Assembly: GCA_023488435.1 (NCBI GenBank)
Contig: JAMDCK010000057.1
Location: 1 to 59,094, forward strand
Source of the DNA: Actinomycetota bacterium
Lineage (GTDB): Bacteria; Actinomycetota; Coriobacteriia; Anaerosomatales; UBA912
Direction of reading: 5' to 3'
Length of the DNA: 59,094 bases
Shown here: piece after piece, positions 33,839-43,313 of the stretch
How the letters are laid out: each line of letters begins with the position of its first letter
Position numbering within the stretch: the stretch's first letter is position 1
Notes under the pieces: generated by a model
Told to the model about the DNA's origin: nothing
Database searches by the model: none
What the model saw: the letters and a program-made list of their open reading frames with translations, nothing else
Position numbers and translations under genes: made by a program

Positions 33839-36800
33839 CTACCTCACTATGTTTCGAATCTCATCCCGGACAGCATTTGACACAGCACCCGTGCCCCCGA
33901 AGATATCGATCCTCCGGTTTGTCTCTGCCCACTCATACAATGCCCCCACTGTGGGTTCGGGCAATGCATCGGACCGAGTCAAGAGCATCAAACCGTTGTT
34001 CCTTCCCACAGCCGGACCGCCCGCAATCGCATCGGGGAATGCCGTGCCGACGGTGATTCCGATGTGGTCTGGTGTGCCCCACCCGGTGTCTACAGCATGC
34101 TGTGCCACCGCAACCGCGGTTGCGAAGCGATCCGCTCCGGCTATACGGATGAACGGAATACCGAGTGACTCGGCCACGACCTCAGGAACGGCACCGCTTC
34201 CACCGACAACTACAGCCGAAACCGCACCCAGATTGCCCACTGCCTCGTCGATCACCGGCCTGGGTAGGCGGTCGACCAGCAGTACCGGCGTTCTTGCGCT
34301 GAAAGCGAAAGGAGCAATCGACAATGCATCGGCATGGGAAAGGCCACTGGCTACGAAGACCTCTCCTGAGTACTCATAGCCAAGCTCGCTCACTACTCTC
34401 TCTGCGATGAGAGCGGACGTCTCATATCGGTCACCGCCGCCTATGCGCTCCACCGCATACTTGGCTTTGAGCGCGGTCTCCACAGTGGAGCCAACTACTC
34501 CGGTTCCGCCGACGATGATCACCCTAGTGGCTCCCAGACGTTCAATCTCGGCTGCAACAGCCGAAGGCAGGACGTTCGCTTGTGTCAACAAGATCGGGGC
34601 GTCAAAGACGCCAGCAAGACTCGATGCTCCAAGAGCATCGGCAAAACCAGCACCTGAAGCGAGGATGACCGTATCCGACTGATCCCAGTTGGCCTTTGAG
34701 ATCTCGACCGCTGTGGCGAAGCGATCAGCGCCCGAGCGTCGATCGACGCTCTCCTCCGCAGTGATGGATACACTGTCTGAGAAGGGACTCACTAGCTCAA
34801 CGGCGTCCACGGCCTGGAGCTTGAACCAGTATGTCTTGCCGGGCTTCAGTGAGCTTGCCAAGAACCGAGGTGTTTCCAGCAACACCTCGTTCGCCTGGGT
34901 GAATGGGCCATTCTCCGAGTTGCCGATGTAGATGTTCCAGCCCACCACGTCGGAGAGCTCTTCGGCAGGGAGGGCCTCATGGCTCGACTCCAGCGGATCG
35001 ACCGGTGCTCTGGGGTCGTCCCAAACTAGCTCAATCCGCGAACCCCATGGGCTCGCACTCAGGCCGGTAGGCGCAGCTGGGGGATCCAGATTCACGTAGA
35101 TCTCCGCCTGCAGCTCCGTGATGTTCCCGCTGGCATCCTTGTACTCGGCGATGACCGTCTGCGGACCATCTAGGTCGAGCAGCGTGAGCCAAGTCGTAGC
35201 GGCGAAGGGCTTCCAGGGCTCATCGTCTTCTCTGATGCCATTGAGGTGGAACCGCATCTCTGTAGCACCGGTCACGAGTGAATCAGCGCGAACGATGGGA
35301 GAGGTTGTGTGGGCGGCCCCGTCGTTCAGCAGCAACTCCCCTTCGGGGGCCAGCGTATCGACGGAGATTTCCTCGAATACCACCTCGGAGAGGTTCTCAG
35401 AAGCGTCATAGGACCATGCGGCGTAGTAGGCCTTAGTGCTTTCTTGTGGCACATCAGCGAGAGCCCAATCGCTGGCCCAAGCACCGGGTCCATCGAACAC
35501 AAGCCCTGCAGCAGGATCGTTCGGGCCGGTCGGAGGAGCGTCCGTGCGCCGAACGACTCGTACACCGGAGTAGGTGCCTTCCTCCGGAAGAACCCACGTC
35601 AGCACCACTGCGCCTCCGACGGTCCTAGCTTCGAGCTGCTGAGGAGCTTCTGGCGCGACGGTATCGACGGCGGTGACCTCAGCATGAGCGCCATCCGACC
35701 AGTTGTTATTTGCATCACGCGCGAACACTGCGAAATGATGGATGGAGCCGTCTACCAGTTGTGTTTGACGGGCGGATTCGGCCATGCCCTCATACACGAC
35801 TGTCGCTGCCGGGTCGTTCGGACCTAGTGGCGGCGCGTCGGAGCGACGAAGCACACGGACTGACTCGAAGTCCGCGTCGGTGGGGTTCTGCCACGACAAC
35901 CCGACATCCCCGTCGATCCCGGGAGTTGCAATGAGGCTGGCAGGGGTTCCAGGCGCCTCGCCATCGGTGGTTATCCGGAAGCCCTGCGTGGTCGCCCACA
36001 GGGAAGAGACTCCGTCCGCTACAGCGCGTACGCGAATTCGCTTTTGATCGGTGTCTACCGACGGAACCGACCAAGCAATCTCCCTGGCTCCAGCGGGCGC
36101 GGTTCCCACAGCGCTGTACTGGTATTCATGGATCTGGATGTCATCGATTGCGATCAAGTTCGGCTCGCCCGGACCTTGAAGGTTGATGAACAACCACTCG
36201 AGGCGGTTGGGTCCTTCATGCAGATCAGCCGTGACCTTGGTCCAAGGCAGCGAATCAGCCGTCTCCCACGTTATCCGACCATTGACCGCCAGGCCCGCAG
36301 CTGAGAAGTCCGAGCCGGTGTCGTGGCGGACCCAGAACTCAACACTACCTTCCGAAGCCATAGTGACTGTCGTTGCGATCGAACCATCGACGAACATATT
36401 CTCAGTCGCCGCCACCGATCTCAACGAGCGAGTCCCGGAGTGAACGATCGACACGTCCTCTGTTATCTCCCACTGCAAGCTGCCGGTGGTCTCGAATGCA
36501 GACAAATCCCCGGCCTCGAAGTCGAAGCCAGTCGTGGGCGCGGGAAGACCTTGCTCCACCTCGAACACAGCGTTCGGTATCCCGCCAACGGCAGGGGTCC
36601 ACCGAATTGCACTCTGTCCACCGCCAAGGATTAGATCGCTCGGGCGAGGCGACGTGATCGTAGGTCTTCCCGGGTATGCGCTTGCTGCCGCATCGATGTT
36701 GATTCTTCCACCATACGACAGAATGTTAGCCAGGTGAGGTAACCGGTCGACAGTATTCTCGAGGCGAGCCTTCAGCTCGTCTGGGCTAGCTTGTGGAAAA

Positions 36801-38734
36801 TGGCTCTGCAGAAGCGCGAGGGCGCCGGCCACGTGGGGTGCGGCCATAGAGGTCCCGTCGGCCTTGCCATACCCACCTGTCTGCAGCATCGGCCTAGCGG
36901 AGGGGTCGGTCGGAAAGACGCTGTCAAGCGCTGTCGGCCAAGGCTTTTCATCCGGAGTCTTATACCTCTCGGGAAAGCTCCCTGCGATGCCTGCGAACGG
37001 CGTACCGGGCATCCCGCGAAATTCATATCCCCATATCCAGAAATCCGTGGCGAAAGATTTGAAATACTTCTCGAACCACTCATAATCGTGACCGAAGACC
37101 GTTAGATCCGTGGCAATTTCACCGCTGGCCATGACCATGCGCCCGCCGTTGTCGAGGAAGTGACCTACAACGGCGCGCTCAGCCTCATCAAGAGTGGGTT
37201 CGCCGTACCATCCAAACGCGGTGGCACCCGTGAACCACAACACGACCCGGCCCTTGAGGGCGGAGCGGGTTGGCACACCTTGCGACTCGGTGTTCCATGT
37301 ACTGACATTGGTGTATCCCGCACCGGCGAGAGTATCGAGGTAGACCTGGAGGCGCTCTCCCGCGACCTCTTCCGTCAAAACAGGCATCGAATCGTCCACC
37401 ACGATGATGGGCGTAGTCGATCTTGCGCCCACCTGAGCCACCGATCGGGTGATGATATCGTTGCGAGTCACAGTCGACTCAATGGACTCAACGGCCATTG
37501 CGAGGTAGGCCAAACGATACTGCGGCGAGTCGATGAACAATGCCGAGGTGCTCCACGGGACCGTCGAGTTGATGTCCATACCTGGAGCCGCTACCTCAAC
37601 CGAGTTCCTGCCGAAGTTGGAGAACCAGGCCAGGGCGTCGGTATCGTCGGTCGCTGCGACAGTGATAACGTTCGTGCTCTCCGAAGAGGCCGGGAAGTTG
37701 ATGTCGGGAAGCTCATCGACGTTTTCCTCCCAATTACCAGCCGCAGCTACAAAGAGCACACCGTGCTGTGCAGCGTACTCAATGGCCTCTTGCATGATCT
37801 CTGAGTACCCGCCCCCAAAAGAGGCGTTGATGATATCGGCGCCGTTGTCGACCGCGTATACGATCGCTTCTGCTCCGTCGAAATCAGTGCCCCCCCAAGG
37901 ACCCAAGAACTTCACCGGCATCAGGGTGACGTCCCAGTTGACCCCGGCAACACCTATCCCGTTGTCCCCGACGGCGCCGATCGTGCCAGCGACATGGGTG
38001 CCATGCTGATCACCGTCGGCTGGATCGAACACAGTCGCGTCCCTGTTGAAGAAGTCGTAACCGAACCGGTCATCGACGTACCCGTTACGATCGTCGTCGC
38101 GGTTGTTGTTGGGGATCTCATCCTGATTGACCCAGCGGTTACCTCTGAGGTCGGGATGCGTGATGTCGACACCGGTGTCGATAACGGCAACGACTACTTC
38201 GGCGGATCCCGTGCCTAGACGCGACCATGCCTCGGTTGCGTCGATATCAGCATCAGCCGTCCCTCCGGTCTGACCCGTGTTCTCGAGACCCCACAACGTG
38301 TTGAACTGAGGATCGTTCGGGCGTAACACCGCTTGCGGTTGGAACACTCGCTCCGGTTCGGCACGTAAGGTCAGTCTTGCCTCACGAAGCTTGCCGATGA
38401 GCGCATCGGGCGTGACCCGCCTTTCAGTGGGCTCTACCAGGGCCCATCCGAGCTCCTGCGATGTGCGCACCACTTGGAACCCGAGTCTCTTGCCGGCTGC
38501 CTCGATTTGCTGTCGAGGTATTCCCGGCATCCATTGGACGACGACTCTTCGAGCTGTCATAGGACGCAGTTGCGTCCTGACATCTCCGTCAGCTGCAGCT
38601 TGGACGAATGGTGGCTCACCGGTAGTTTGCGGTGCGGCGGAGGCCGGAGTGCCCCCCGTCGGCCACAGCGTGACAACCATCAATAGCGCGATGACTATTC
38701 GGATTGCCTTACTTTGGATCGAATCACTCCTCAT
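33839..38734 (-). CDS. secreted multidomain subtilisin-like (S8) serine protease with FN3-like repeats and a C-terminal CWB2 triplet
   Basis: 1631 aa with a signal peptide. Catalytic D (VAVIDTGVD), H (HGTHVAGTIGA) and S (GTSMAAPHVAG). Repeated about 100-aa modules (SWQNPTDADFESVRVLRR / TWVLPEEGTYSGVRVVRR). Three C-terminal ADRF/Y..TA...PDAL...GGTGAV repeats. Confidence 0.88.
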   Translation of the reverse strand: MRSDSIQSKAIRIVIALLMVVTLWPTGGTPASAAPQTTGEPPFVQAAADGDVRTQLRPMTARRVVVQWMPGIPRQQIEAAGKRLGFQVVRTSQELGWALVEPTERRVTPDALIGKLREARLTLRAEPERVFQPQAVLRPNDPQFNTLWGLENTGQTGGTADADIDATEAWSRLGTGSAEVVVAVIDTGVDITHPDLRGNRWVNQDEIPNNNRDDDRNGYVDDRFGYDFFNRDATVFDPADGDQHGTHVAGTIGAVGDNGIGVAGVNWDVTLMPVKFLGPWGGTDFDGAEAIVYAVDNGADIINASFGGGYSEIMQEAIEYAAQHGVLFVAAAGNWEENVDELPDINFPASSESTNVITVAATDDTDALAWFSNFGRNSVEVAAPGMDINSTVPWSTSALFIDSPQYRLAYLAMAVESIESTVTRNDIITRSVAQVGARSTTPIIVVDDSMPVLTEEVAGERLQVYLDTLAGAGYTNVSTWNTESQGVPTRSALKGRVVLWFTGATAFGWYGEPTLDEAERAVVGHFLDNGGRMVMASGEIATDLTVFGHDYEWFEKYFKSFATDFWIWGYEFRGMPGTPFAGIAGSFPERYKTPDEKPWPTALDSVFPTDPSARPMLQTGGYGKADGTSMAAPHVAGALALLQSHFPQASPDELKARLENTVDRLPHLANILSYGGRINIDAAASAYPGRPTITSPRPSDLILGGGQSAIRWTPAVGGIPNAVFEVEQGLPAPTTGFDFEAGDLSAFETTGSLQWEITEDVSIVHSGTRSLRSVAATENMFVDGSIATTVTMASEGSVEFWVRHDTGSDFSAAGLAVNGRITWETADSLPWTKVTADLHEGPNRLEWLFINLQGPGEPNLIAIDDIQIHEYQYSAVGTAPAGAREIAWSVPSVDTDQKRIRVRAVADGVSSLWATTQGFRITTDGEAPGTPASLIATPGIDGDVGLSWQNPTDADFESVRVLRRSDAPPLGPNDPAATVVYEGMAESARQTQLVDGSIHHFAVFARDANNNWSDGAHAEVTAVDTVAPEAPQQLEARTVGGAVVLTWVLPEEGTYSGVRVVRRTDAPPTGPNDPAAGLVFDGPGAWASDWALADVPQESTKAYYAAWSYDASENLSEVVFEEISVDTLAPEGELLLNDGAAHTTSPIVRADSLVTGATEMRFHLNGIREDDEPWKPFAATTWLTLLDLDGPQTVIAEYKDASGNITELQAEIYVNLDPPAAPTGLSASPWGSRIELVWDDPRAPVDPLESSHEALPAEELSDVVGWNIYIGNSENGPFTQANEVLLETPRFLASSLKPGKTYWFKLQAVDAVELVSPFSDSVSITAEESVDRRSGADRFATAVEISKANWDQSDTVILASGAGFADALGASSLAGVFDAPILLTQANVLPSAVAAEIERLGATRVIIVGGTGVVGSTVETALKAKYAVERIGGGDRYETSALIAERVVSELGYEYSGEVFVASGLSHADALSIAPFAFSARTPVLLVDRLPRPVIDEAVGNLGAVSAVVVGGSGAVPEVVAESLGIPFIRIAGADRFATAVAVAQHAVDTGWGTPDHIGITVGTAFPDAIAGGPAVGRNNGLMLLTRSDALPEPTVGALYEWAETNRRIDIFGGTGAVSNAVRDEIRNIVR

Positions 38735-39104
38735 TACTGCCCCTTCTCTCTAGGTTTTGCTCGAGCGGAATTCTCGAGACCCCCATACTGACCCTTACCG
38801 GACTCAAGAACGCGAGTCCGTCAACCCGAGCGTGCGCAAGCCACATCAGTAGGCGGGCGGCACACAATAATTCAATTTATACCCAAGTTTAAGGCGCCAC
38901 GCATAAATTGTTTCAATTTCGCAATTTTCTCGATTGGGGCGCGTGCGGAGTACAAGAAGAGGCAGAGTCGTACACGATCACGGCGGTTGGTGCAGATGGA
39001 ATGTGGGCGCGTTAGGGTATATTCTTTGTTGGAAGCACTTCGACACGGACCGGAGGCGATTCGGTACGTGCGACCGGAAGACCAGACCTTATTATCGGAG
39101 GTGC

Positions 39105-39608
39105 ATGGATATGTACGATTACAGGCGTGGTGGAGGTTTCTTGGGAGCGTTCGTGCTGGGGGGTCTCCTCGGCGCAGTGCTTGGTGTCCTTTATGCTCCA
39201 AGGCCGGGCAAGGAAAGCCGTGAGATGCTGGCTGATGCCACCGAGAAGTATCTTGCCGAAGGCAGGGACCTATGTGAGACCGGCAAGGCAAAGTTCACAG
39301 AGGTCTACGAGACGGGACGCGAAGTCGCTGTCGAGAAGACCGATGAGCTCAGGGTCAAGATCGAGCATGCTCGCGATCGCTTGAAAGAGCAGGTCGACAG
39401 TGTGTCCGAGGTTGCTCGTGAGAAGGCTGTCGAGGTAGTTCCTGTAATCAAGGAGGCTACCCACAAGGCCGCTGAGGCCGTGAAAACCGGTACCGACATC
39501 GTTGAGAAGAAAGCCCAGGAGACTCTCGACAGCGTCGCCGAGAGGGCCGCTGATGATCTGGGTAAGCCGAGGCCCTCGGCAGGAGCGGGCGGTCTTCCGC
39601 CGCTGTAG
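39105..39608 (+). CDS. YtxH-like general-stress membrane-anchored protein
   Basis: ATG 39105 follows GGAG. GGFLGAFVLGGLLGAVLGVLYAPRPGKESRE is the YtxH signature, followed by a charged coiled region. Confidence 0.7.
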   Translation: MDMYDYRRGGGFLGAFVLGGLLGAVLGVLYAPRPGKESREMLADATEKYLAEGRDLCETGKAKFTEVYETGREVAVEKTDELRVKIEHARDRLKEQVDSVSEVAREKAVEVVPVIKEATHKAAEAVKTGTDIVEKKAQETLDSVAERAADDLGKPRPSAGAGGLPPL

Positions 39609-39672
39609 AGAGCTACCTGCCCTGAGGTCGACGTTGAAGTCGGCGCCGACCAGGGTTACGAAAGCCGCACAT

Positions 39673-39705
39673 CAAGAGCCGACGCTGTTCACGCGTCGGC
39701 TCTTG
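39673..39705 (+). terminator. hairpin after the ytxH-like gene
   Basis: 13-bp perfect stem caagagccgacgc / gcgtcggctcttg with loop tgttcac. The T-tract is weak. Confidence 0.45.
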
Positions 39706-39725
39706 TGCTGTACGCTTACTCCAAC

Positions 39726-40448
39726 ATGCACTCAACCCTCGACATGGTCGATACTCCGGTCTCCGATGCGCGCGGCCGACGCATCGGCATGGTTGAGCAT
39801 GCGCTCTTCCATCCGCGCGAACCGAAGGTCATCGGCGTTCAGATCCGGCTGAAGCCGCTGGGATATGTCATCAAGCGCAAGCCACGCTTCGTGCCCCTCG
39901 ACCAGGTGCGCATCGCCGAAGAGGAGCTCGAGTTCACCTCGGCAAAGCCGATTGTGGGCAAGGCCGCCGAGAAGGCGATGGGCTTTTCTTGGGATGACAC
40001 AGTCGTGTGGCGCATGATGCCGGTGCAAAGCGAGCGCGGCGAGGCGCTTGGATACGTGCGCGAGGCTTGGTTCTCGGCGGATGACGGAAGTGTCAAGAAG
40101 ATGGCGATCACACGCGGGGTCACGTCCGATATCGCTGTCGGCAGGCAGGAACTCGATGGCGCGACGGTCGTGGGCTTCGACCCAGCGCGCGGGGCCGTGG
40201 TTGTTCGCAACGAGGCACTCGCTGTCGAGCTCTCGGGTGGCGTGGCTGCCAAGTCCGGTCAGGCCGCTGCTGTCGTCAAGGTCGCCGCCGAGAAGGCCGC
40301 GAAGCGAGCAGTGAAAGCCGCCGCCGATGCCGCCGGGAAGGCTGCCAAAAGCGACCTGGCCTCAAAAGCGGTCAAGCGTTCGACGTCGAGCTGGCAGGCT
40401 TTTCGCGACGGCTTCTCCGAAGGCATGCGCGAGGACGAGAAGGACTAA
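39726..40448 (+). CDS. PRC-barrel-like domain protein with Ala/Lys-rich tail
   Basis: VSDARGRRIGMVEHALFHPREPKVIGVQI and SERGEALGYVREAWFSADDGSVKKMAI resemble tandem PRC-barrel units. The track's start at 39705 lies inside the upstream hairpin, so ATG 39726 is preferred. Confidence 0.45.
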   Translation: MHSTLDMVDTPVSDARGRRIGMVEHALFHPREPKVIGVQIRLKPLGYVIKRKPRFVPLDQVRIAEEELEFTSAKPIVGKAAEKAMGFSWDDTVVWRMMPVQSERGEALGYVREAWFSADDGSVKKMAITRGVTSDIAVGRQELDGATVVGFDPARGAVVVRNEALAVELSGGVAAKSGQAAAVVKVAAEKAAKRAVKAAADAAGKAAKSDLASKAVKRSTSSWQAFRDGFSEGMREDEKD

Positions 40449-40459
40449 AGGAGCTCGAG

Positions 40460-41107
40460 TTGCGTCGACGACTGAGACCGCTGGAAGACCAGAGCCTGGA
40501 AGCCCTGCCGGGGGCCTGTCAGGGCTGCATGTTCTGGGAGTCCGCCCAGCCGCTCGAAGTTCGCTGCGGCGCTGCGTGTGACCTGGATGGCGCTCGTCGC
40601 TGGCACCGCTGGGTCGCCAGCGAGTGGGGTCCGTGTGGGCTGGTGGCGATGGAGGGAGAGCACATCCTCGGCTTTATCAAGTATGCGCCTCCGGAGTACT
40701 TGCGTCAGGTGGGGAACTTGCACGGCGCCCTGGACGAACGTCGTAGCGTGCTGATCGCCTGCATGCACATACAGGACGAGGCTAGGCACCGCGGCCTGGG
40801 TACGCTGCTGTTGCGCGCGGCACTCAAGGATCTGGTATCCCGCGGCGAGAAGACGGTGTACGCTTACGCGACCACGCAGGAGGCGGATATCTCCGCACAG
40901 CCTATGATCGGCCTCGATTTCCTGCAAAGGAACGGCTTCACCATCGTGGTGCCGCATCCACAATATCCGCTGCTCAGATTGGAGCTCAAGACGTTGGTAT
41001 CGCTGACCGAGAACCTCGAGAGCATGCTGCAGGCGCTGCGCATCCCGCTTAGGCGCAACATGCGCATGCCGTCGCCGTCCATCGAGTCGAGGGGAGACGG
41101 CAGATGA
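40460..41107 (+). CDS. GNAT family N-acetyltransferase
   Basis: 215 aa. The acetyl-CoA motif region ARHRGLGTLLLRAALKDLVSRGEKTVYAY. TTG start after AAGGAG. Confidence 0.7.
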   Translation: MRRRLRPLEDQSLEALPGACQGCMFWESAQPLEVRCGAACDLDGARRWHRWVASEWGPCGLVAMEGEHILGFIKYAPPEYLRQVGNLHGALDERRSVLIACMHIQDEARHRGLGTLLLRAALKDLVSRGEKTVYAYATTQEADISAQPMIGLDFLQRNGFTIVVPHPQYPLLRLELKTLVSLTENLESMLQALRIPLRRNMRMPSPSIESRGDGR

Positions 41108-41604
41108 CGCAGCAGCCGGGCGTGAAGCCCGCGCGGGGCGCAGGTTCGGCGGATCGGGTGAGGGCGGCCCTGGACGCTTGCGGCTTGGCGGACGCGATCG
41201 TGACCTTCGAGCAGTCGACCAAGACAGCGCAGATGGCGGCTGACGCCATGGGCTGCGAGCTGGGGCAGATCGTCAAGTCGATCGTATTTGTCGCCGACGG
41301 CTCGCCTGTCGTGGCACTCGTGGCCGGAGACCGCCGAGGAGACACCGACGCGATTGCGGCCGAGTTTGGTGCCCGCAAGGTGAGGATGGCCGAGGCGGAG
41401 ACCGTGCGTGAGGCGACCGGGTATGCGATCGGCGGCGTGTCGCCGTTCGATCTGCCCGAGGAGCTGCCGGTTCTGGTCGACGATTCGCTCGGCAGGTTCG
41501 AAGTGCTGTATCCGGCGGCTGGCACTCCGCAGTCGATGGTCCGCATGGACCGCGAGATGCTGATGACCCTGGTTCGCGGGCGCGTAGCGAGAATATCGAG
41601 CTGA
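41104..41604 (+). CDS. YbaK/EbsC-type aminoacyl-tRNA deacylase domain protein
   Basis: 166 aa. IVKSIVFV...VVALVAGDRR.D...A and ATGYAIGGVSPF motifs of the YbaK/ProRS-associated editing domain. Confidence 0.75.
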   Translation: MTQQPGVKPARGAGSADRVRAALDACGLADAIVTFEQSTKTAQMAADAMGCELGQIVKSIVFVADGSPVVALVAGDRRGDTDAIAAEFGARKVRMAEAETVREATGYAIGGVSPFDLPEELPVLVDDSLGRFEVLYPAAGTPQSMVRMDREMLMTLVRGRVARISS

Positions 41605-41610
41605 GGGCGC

Positions 41611-42735
41611 ATGGGCTATCGGTCACCAGGGCGCCCGCCGGAAGCGCGCCTCGATTTTCTGCGCCTGATGACGGCCGTCGTGTTGATTGCGGCACTGGGC
41701 GCGGTCTCGCTGCCCGCCTTCGCGCATGTCGAAGTCGAAGTCGACGGGGTGAAGCGGGCCTGGGTCGGACCGATGACCGCCGCCGATGTGTTCGCGCAAG
41801 GGTGGCACGTCTCCTCGGCGGGTGATCTGGTCGACCGCAATGGCGAGATGGTCGCTCGTGGCCGGGGCGCTTCGCCCGAGCTGTCACGCGACGGGGTCCG
41901 GCTCGCGCTGGACACACCGCTGCAGGACGGAGACGTCATCACGAGCGCAACCGGCGCCGATGTCGCGGAAAGCGAGACCGTGACCGAGGTCGTAGACCCG
42001 ATCACCATCAGGTACGTCGGCGAGGGGCCGCTGCAAGCACTTGAGCATCCTGGGTCCGTTGGCGTCAAGCGTCAGGCGATCGGCTCTGCATCGGCGCGGG
42101 TGTTCGCCGACGAGGTCATCGAGCCCGCGCAGCCCATGGTGATTCGCCGCCACGGCATCAACGGCGGCCGACAGGTGGTGGCGCTCACCTTCGACGACGG
42201 TCCGTGGCCGGGCCAGACCGACGCCATCCTGCGAGTACTCGCTGCCGAGGATGTCCGGGCCACCTTCTTCATGGTCGGCAGCCAGGTGCGCCGTCATCCC
42301 GATATCACCAGGCGCGTTCGCGACGCGGGTCATGCGATCGGCAACCACACCCAAGCGCATTCGCGCCTCGACGTCGCCTCCGCGTCGGCAGTGCGCAACG
42401 AAGTCACTCAGGCGCAGCAGGCCATCCAGGAGGTCGCCGGCGTGGAGCCGCGCTGGTTCCGCCCACCCGGTGGCCGGACGTCTGCGCTCGTCAACAAGGA
42501 AGTCGCAAGGTTCGACATGCGGACAGCGATGTGGACGGTGGACCCTCAGGACTGGCGCAAGCCACCGGCTTCGCGAATCGTCGCTGATGTCCTCGCGGGA
42601 GTCCGGCCGGGAGCGGTGGTGCTTTTGCACGACGGCGGCGGGGAGCGAGCGACCACCATCGAGGCACTGGGCCCGCTGATCCGCGAGCTCAAGAAGCGCG
42701 GCTACACCTTCGTGACGCTTGACGAGCTCCCCTAG
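41611..42735 (+). CDS. polysaccharide (peptidoglycan GlcNAc-type) deacetylase, NodB homology domain
   Basis: 374 aa. N-terminal TM helix, then VALTFDDGPWPG (TFDDG motif 1), IGNHTQAH (motif 2) and RPPGG. Confidence 0.85.
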   Translation: MGYRSPGRPPEARLDFLRLMTAVVLIAALGAVSLPAFAHVEVEVDGVKRAWVGPMTAADVFAQGWHVSSAGDLVDRNGEMVARGRGASPELSRDGVRLALDTPLQDGDVITSATGADVAESETVTEVVDPITIRYVGEGPLQALEHPGSVGVKRQAIGSASARVFADEVIEPAQPMVIRRHGINGGRQVVALTFDDGPWPGQTDAILRVLAAEDVRATFFMVGSQVRRHPDITRRVRDAGHAIGNHTQAHSRLDVASASAVRNEVTQAQQAIQEVAGVEPRWFRPPGGRTSALVNKEVARFDMRTAMWTVDPQDWRKPPASRIVADVLAGVRPGAVVLLHDGGGERATTIEALGPLIRELKKRGYTFVTLDELP

Positions 42736-43313
42736 CGCACCCGCGAACCGCGGATCAACCGCGCCGGCGTGACCACAAAGTCGACGCGCTCGTCGTGCTC
42801 GCCCTCTGGGACCTTCTCGGCGAGTTGACAGTCGAACGCCAGCGCGAGCCTGACCGCCGAGGGGACGCTCGCGAGCAGCCGGTCGTAGTACCCGCCACCG
42901 AATCCCAGCCGCGCACCCTGCGCATCGAATGCGATGCCCGGGACGATCACGAGATCGAGTGTGGCGAGATCCGCCTCGGGAGCCTCCGACCTGGGCTGCA
43001 AGATGCCGAAAGGGCCGGGTTCGAGGGCCTCGGCCGGGCCGCGCACGTGGGCTGAAAGCGCTTCGCGGCCGCAGATCCTCGGCAGGCAGACGACGGCTCC
43101 GCGTGATGCCAGGGATTCGAGCAGCGGTGCCGGGTCGAACTCCTCGGCAGCGGCGGCGTACCCGAGCACGCGGGTGGCGCGTGCGACTTCGGGCAGCGCG
43201 AGCGCGCGGGCGACGACTGCTGCTGCCTGTGAGCGGCGGTCCTCGGCGGATATCGAGCGGCGAGCCGCACGCATCGCCAGGCGCAACTCCGCCTTGGCAT
43301 CGCGCTCACCCAT
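42732..43313 (-). CDS. 5-formyltetrahydrofolate cyclo-ligase
   Basis: ATG 43313 overlaps the upstream stop (ATGGGTGA). ELR...RR.IS..DR start and VPGIAFDAQGARLGFGGGYYDR signature. Confidence 0.85.
   Translation of the reverse strand: MGERDAKAELRLAMRAARRSISAEDRRSQAAAVVARALALPEVARATRVLGYAAAAEEFDPAPLLESLASRGAVVCLPRICGREALSAHVRGPAEALEPGPFGILQPRSEAPEADLATLDLVIVPGIAFDAQGARLGFGGGYYDRLLASVPSAVRLALAFDCQLAEKVPEGEHDERVDFVVTPARLIRGSRVR

Noticed and set aside
33822-34379. 185-aa plus-strand ORF and many other plus-strand ORFs between 34.4 and 38.7 kb.
   Set aside because: All lie antisense to the 1631-aa S8 protease gene, whose catalytic and repeat motifs are clear. Their translations are Ser/Thr/Ala/Pro-rich with no motifs.
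38934-39104. N-terminal 57-codon extension of the YtxH-like ORF, and the overlapping 38872-39291(-) ORF.
   Set aside because: The extension is Arg/Cys/Trp-rich and lies in an AT-richer promoter-like region. The YtxH signature begins right after ATG 39105, which has a GGAG upstream. The antisense ORF has no motifs.
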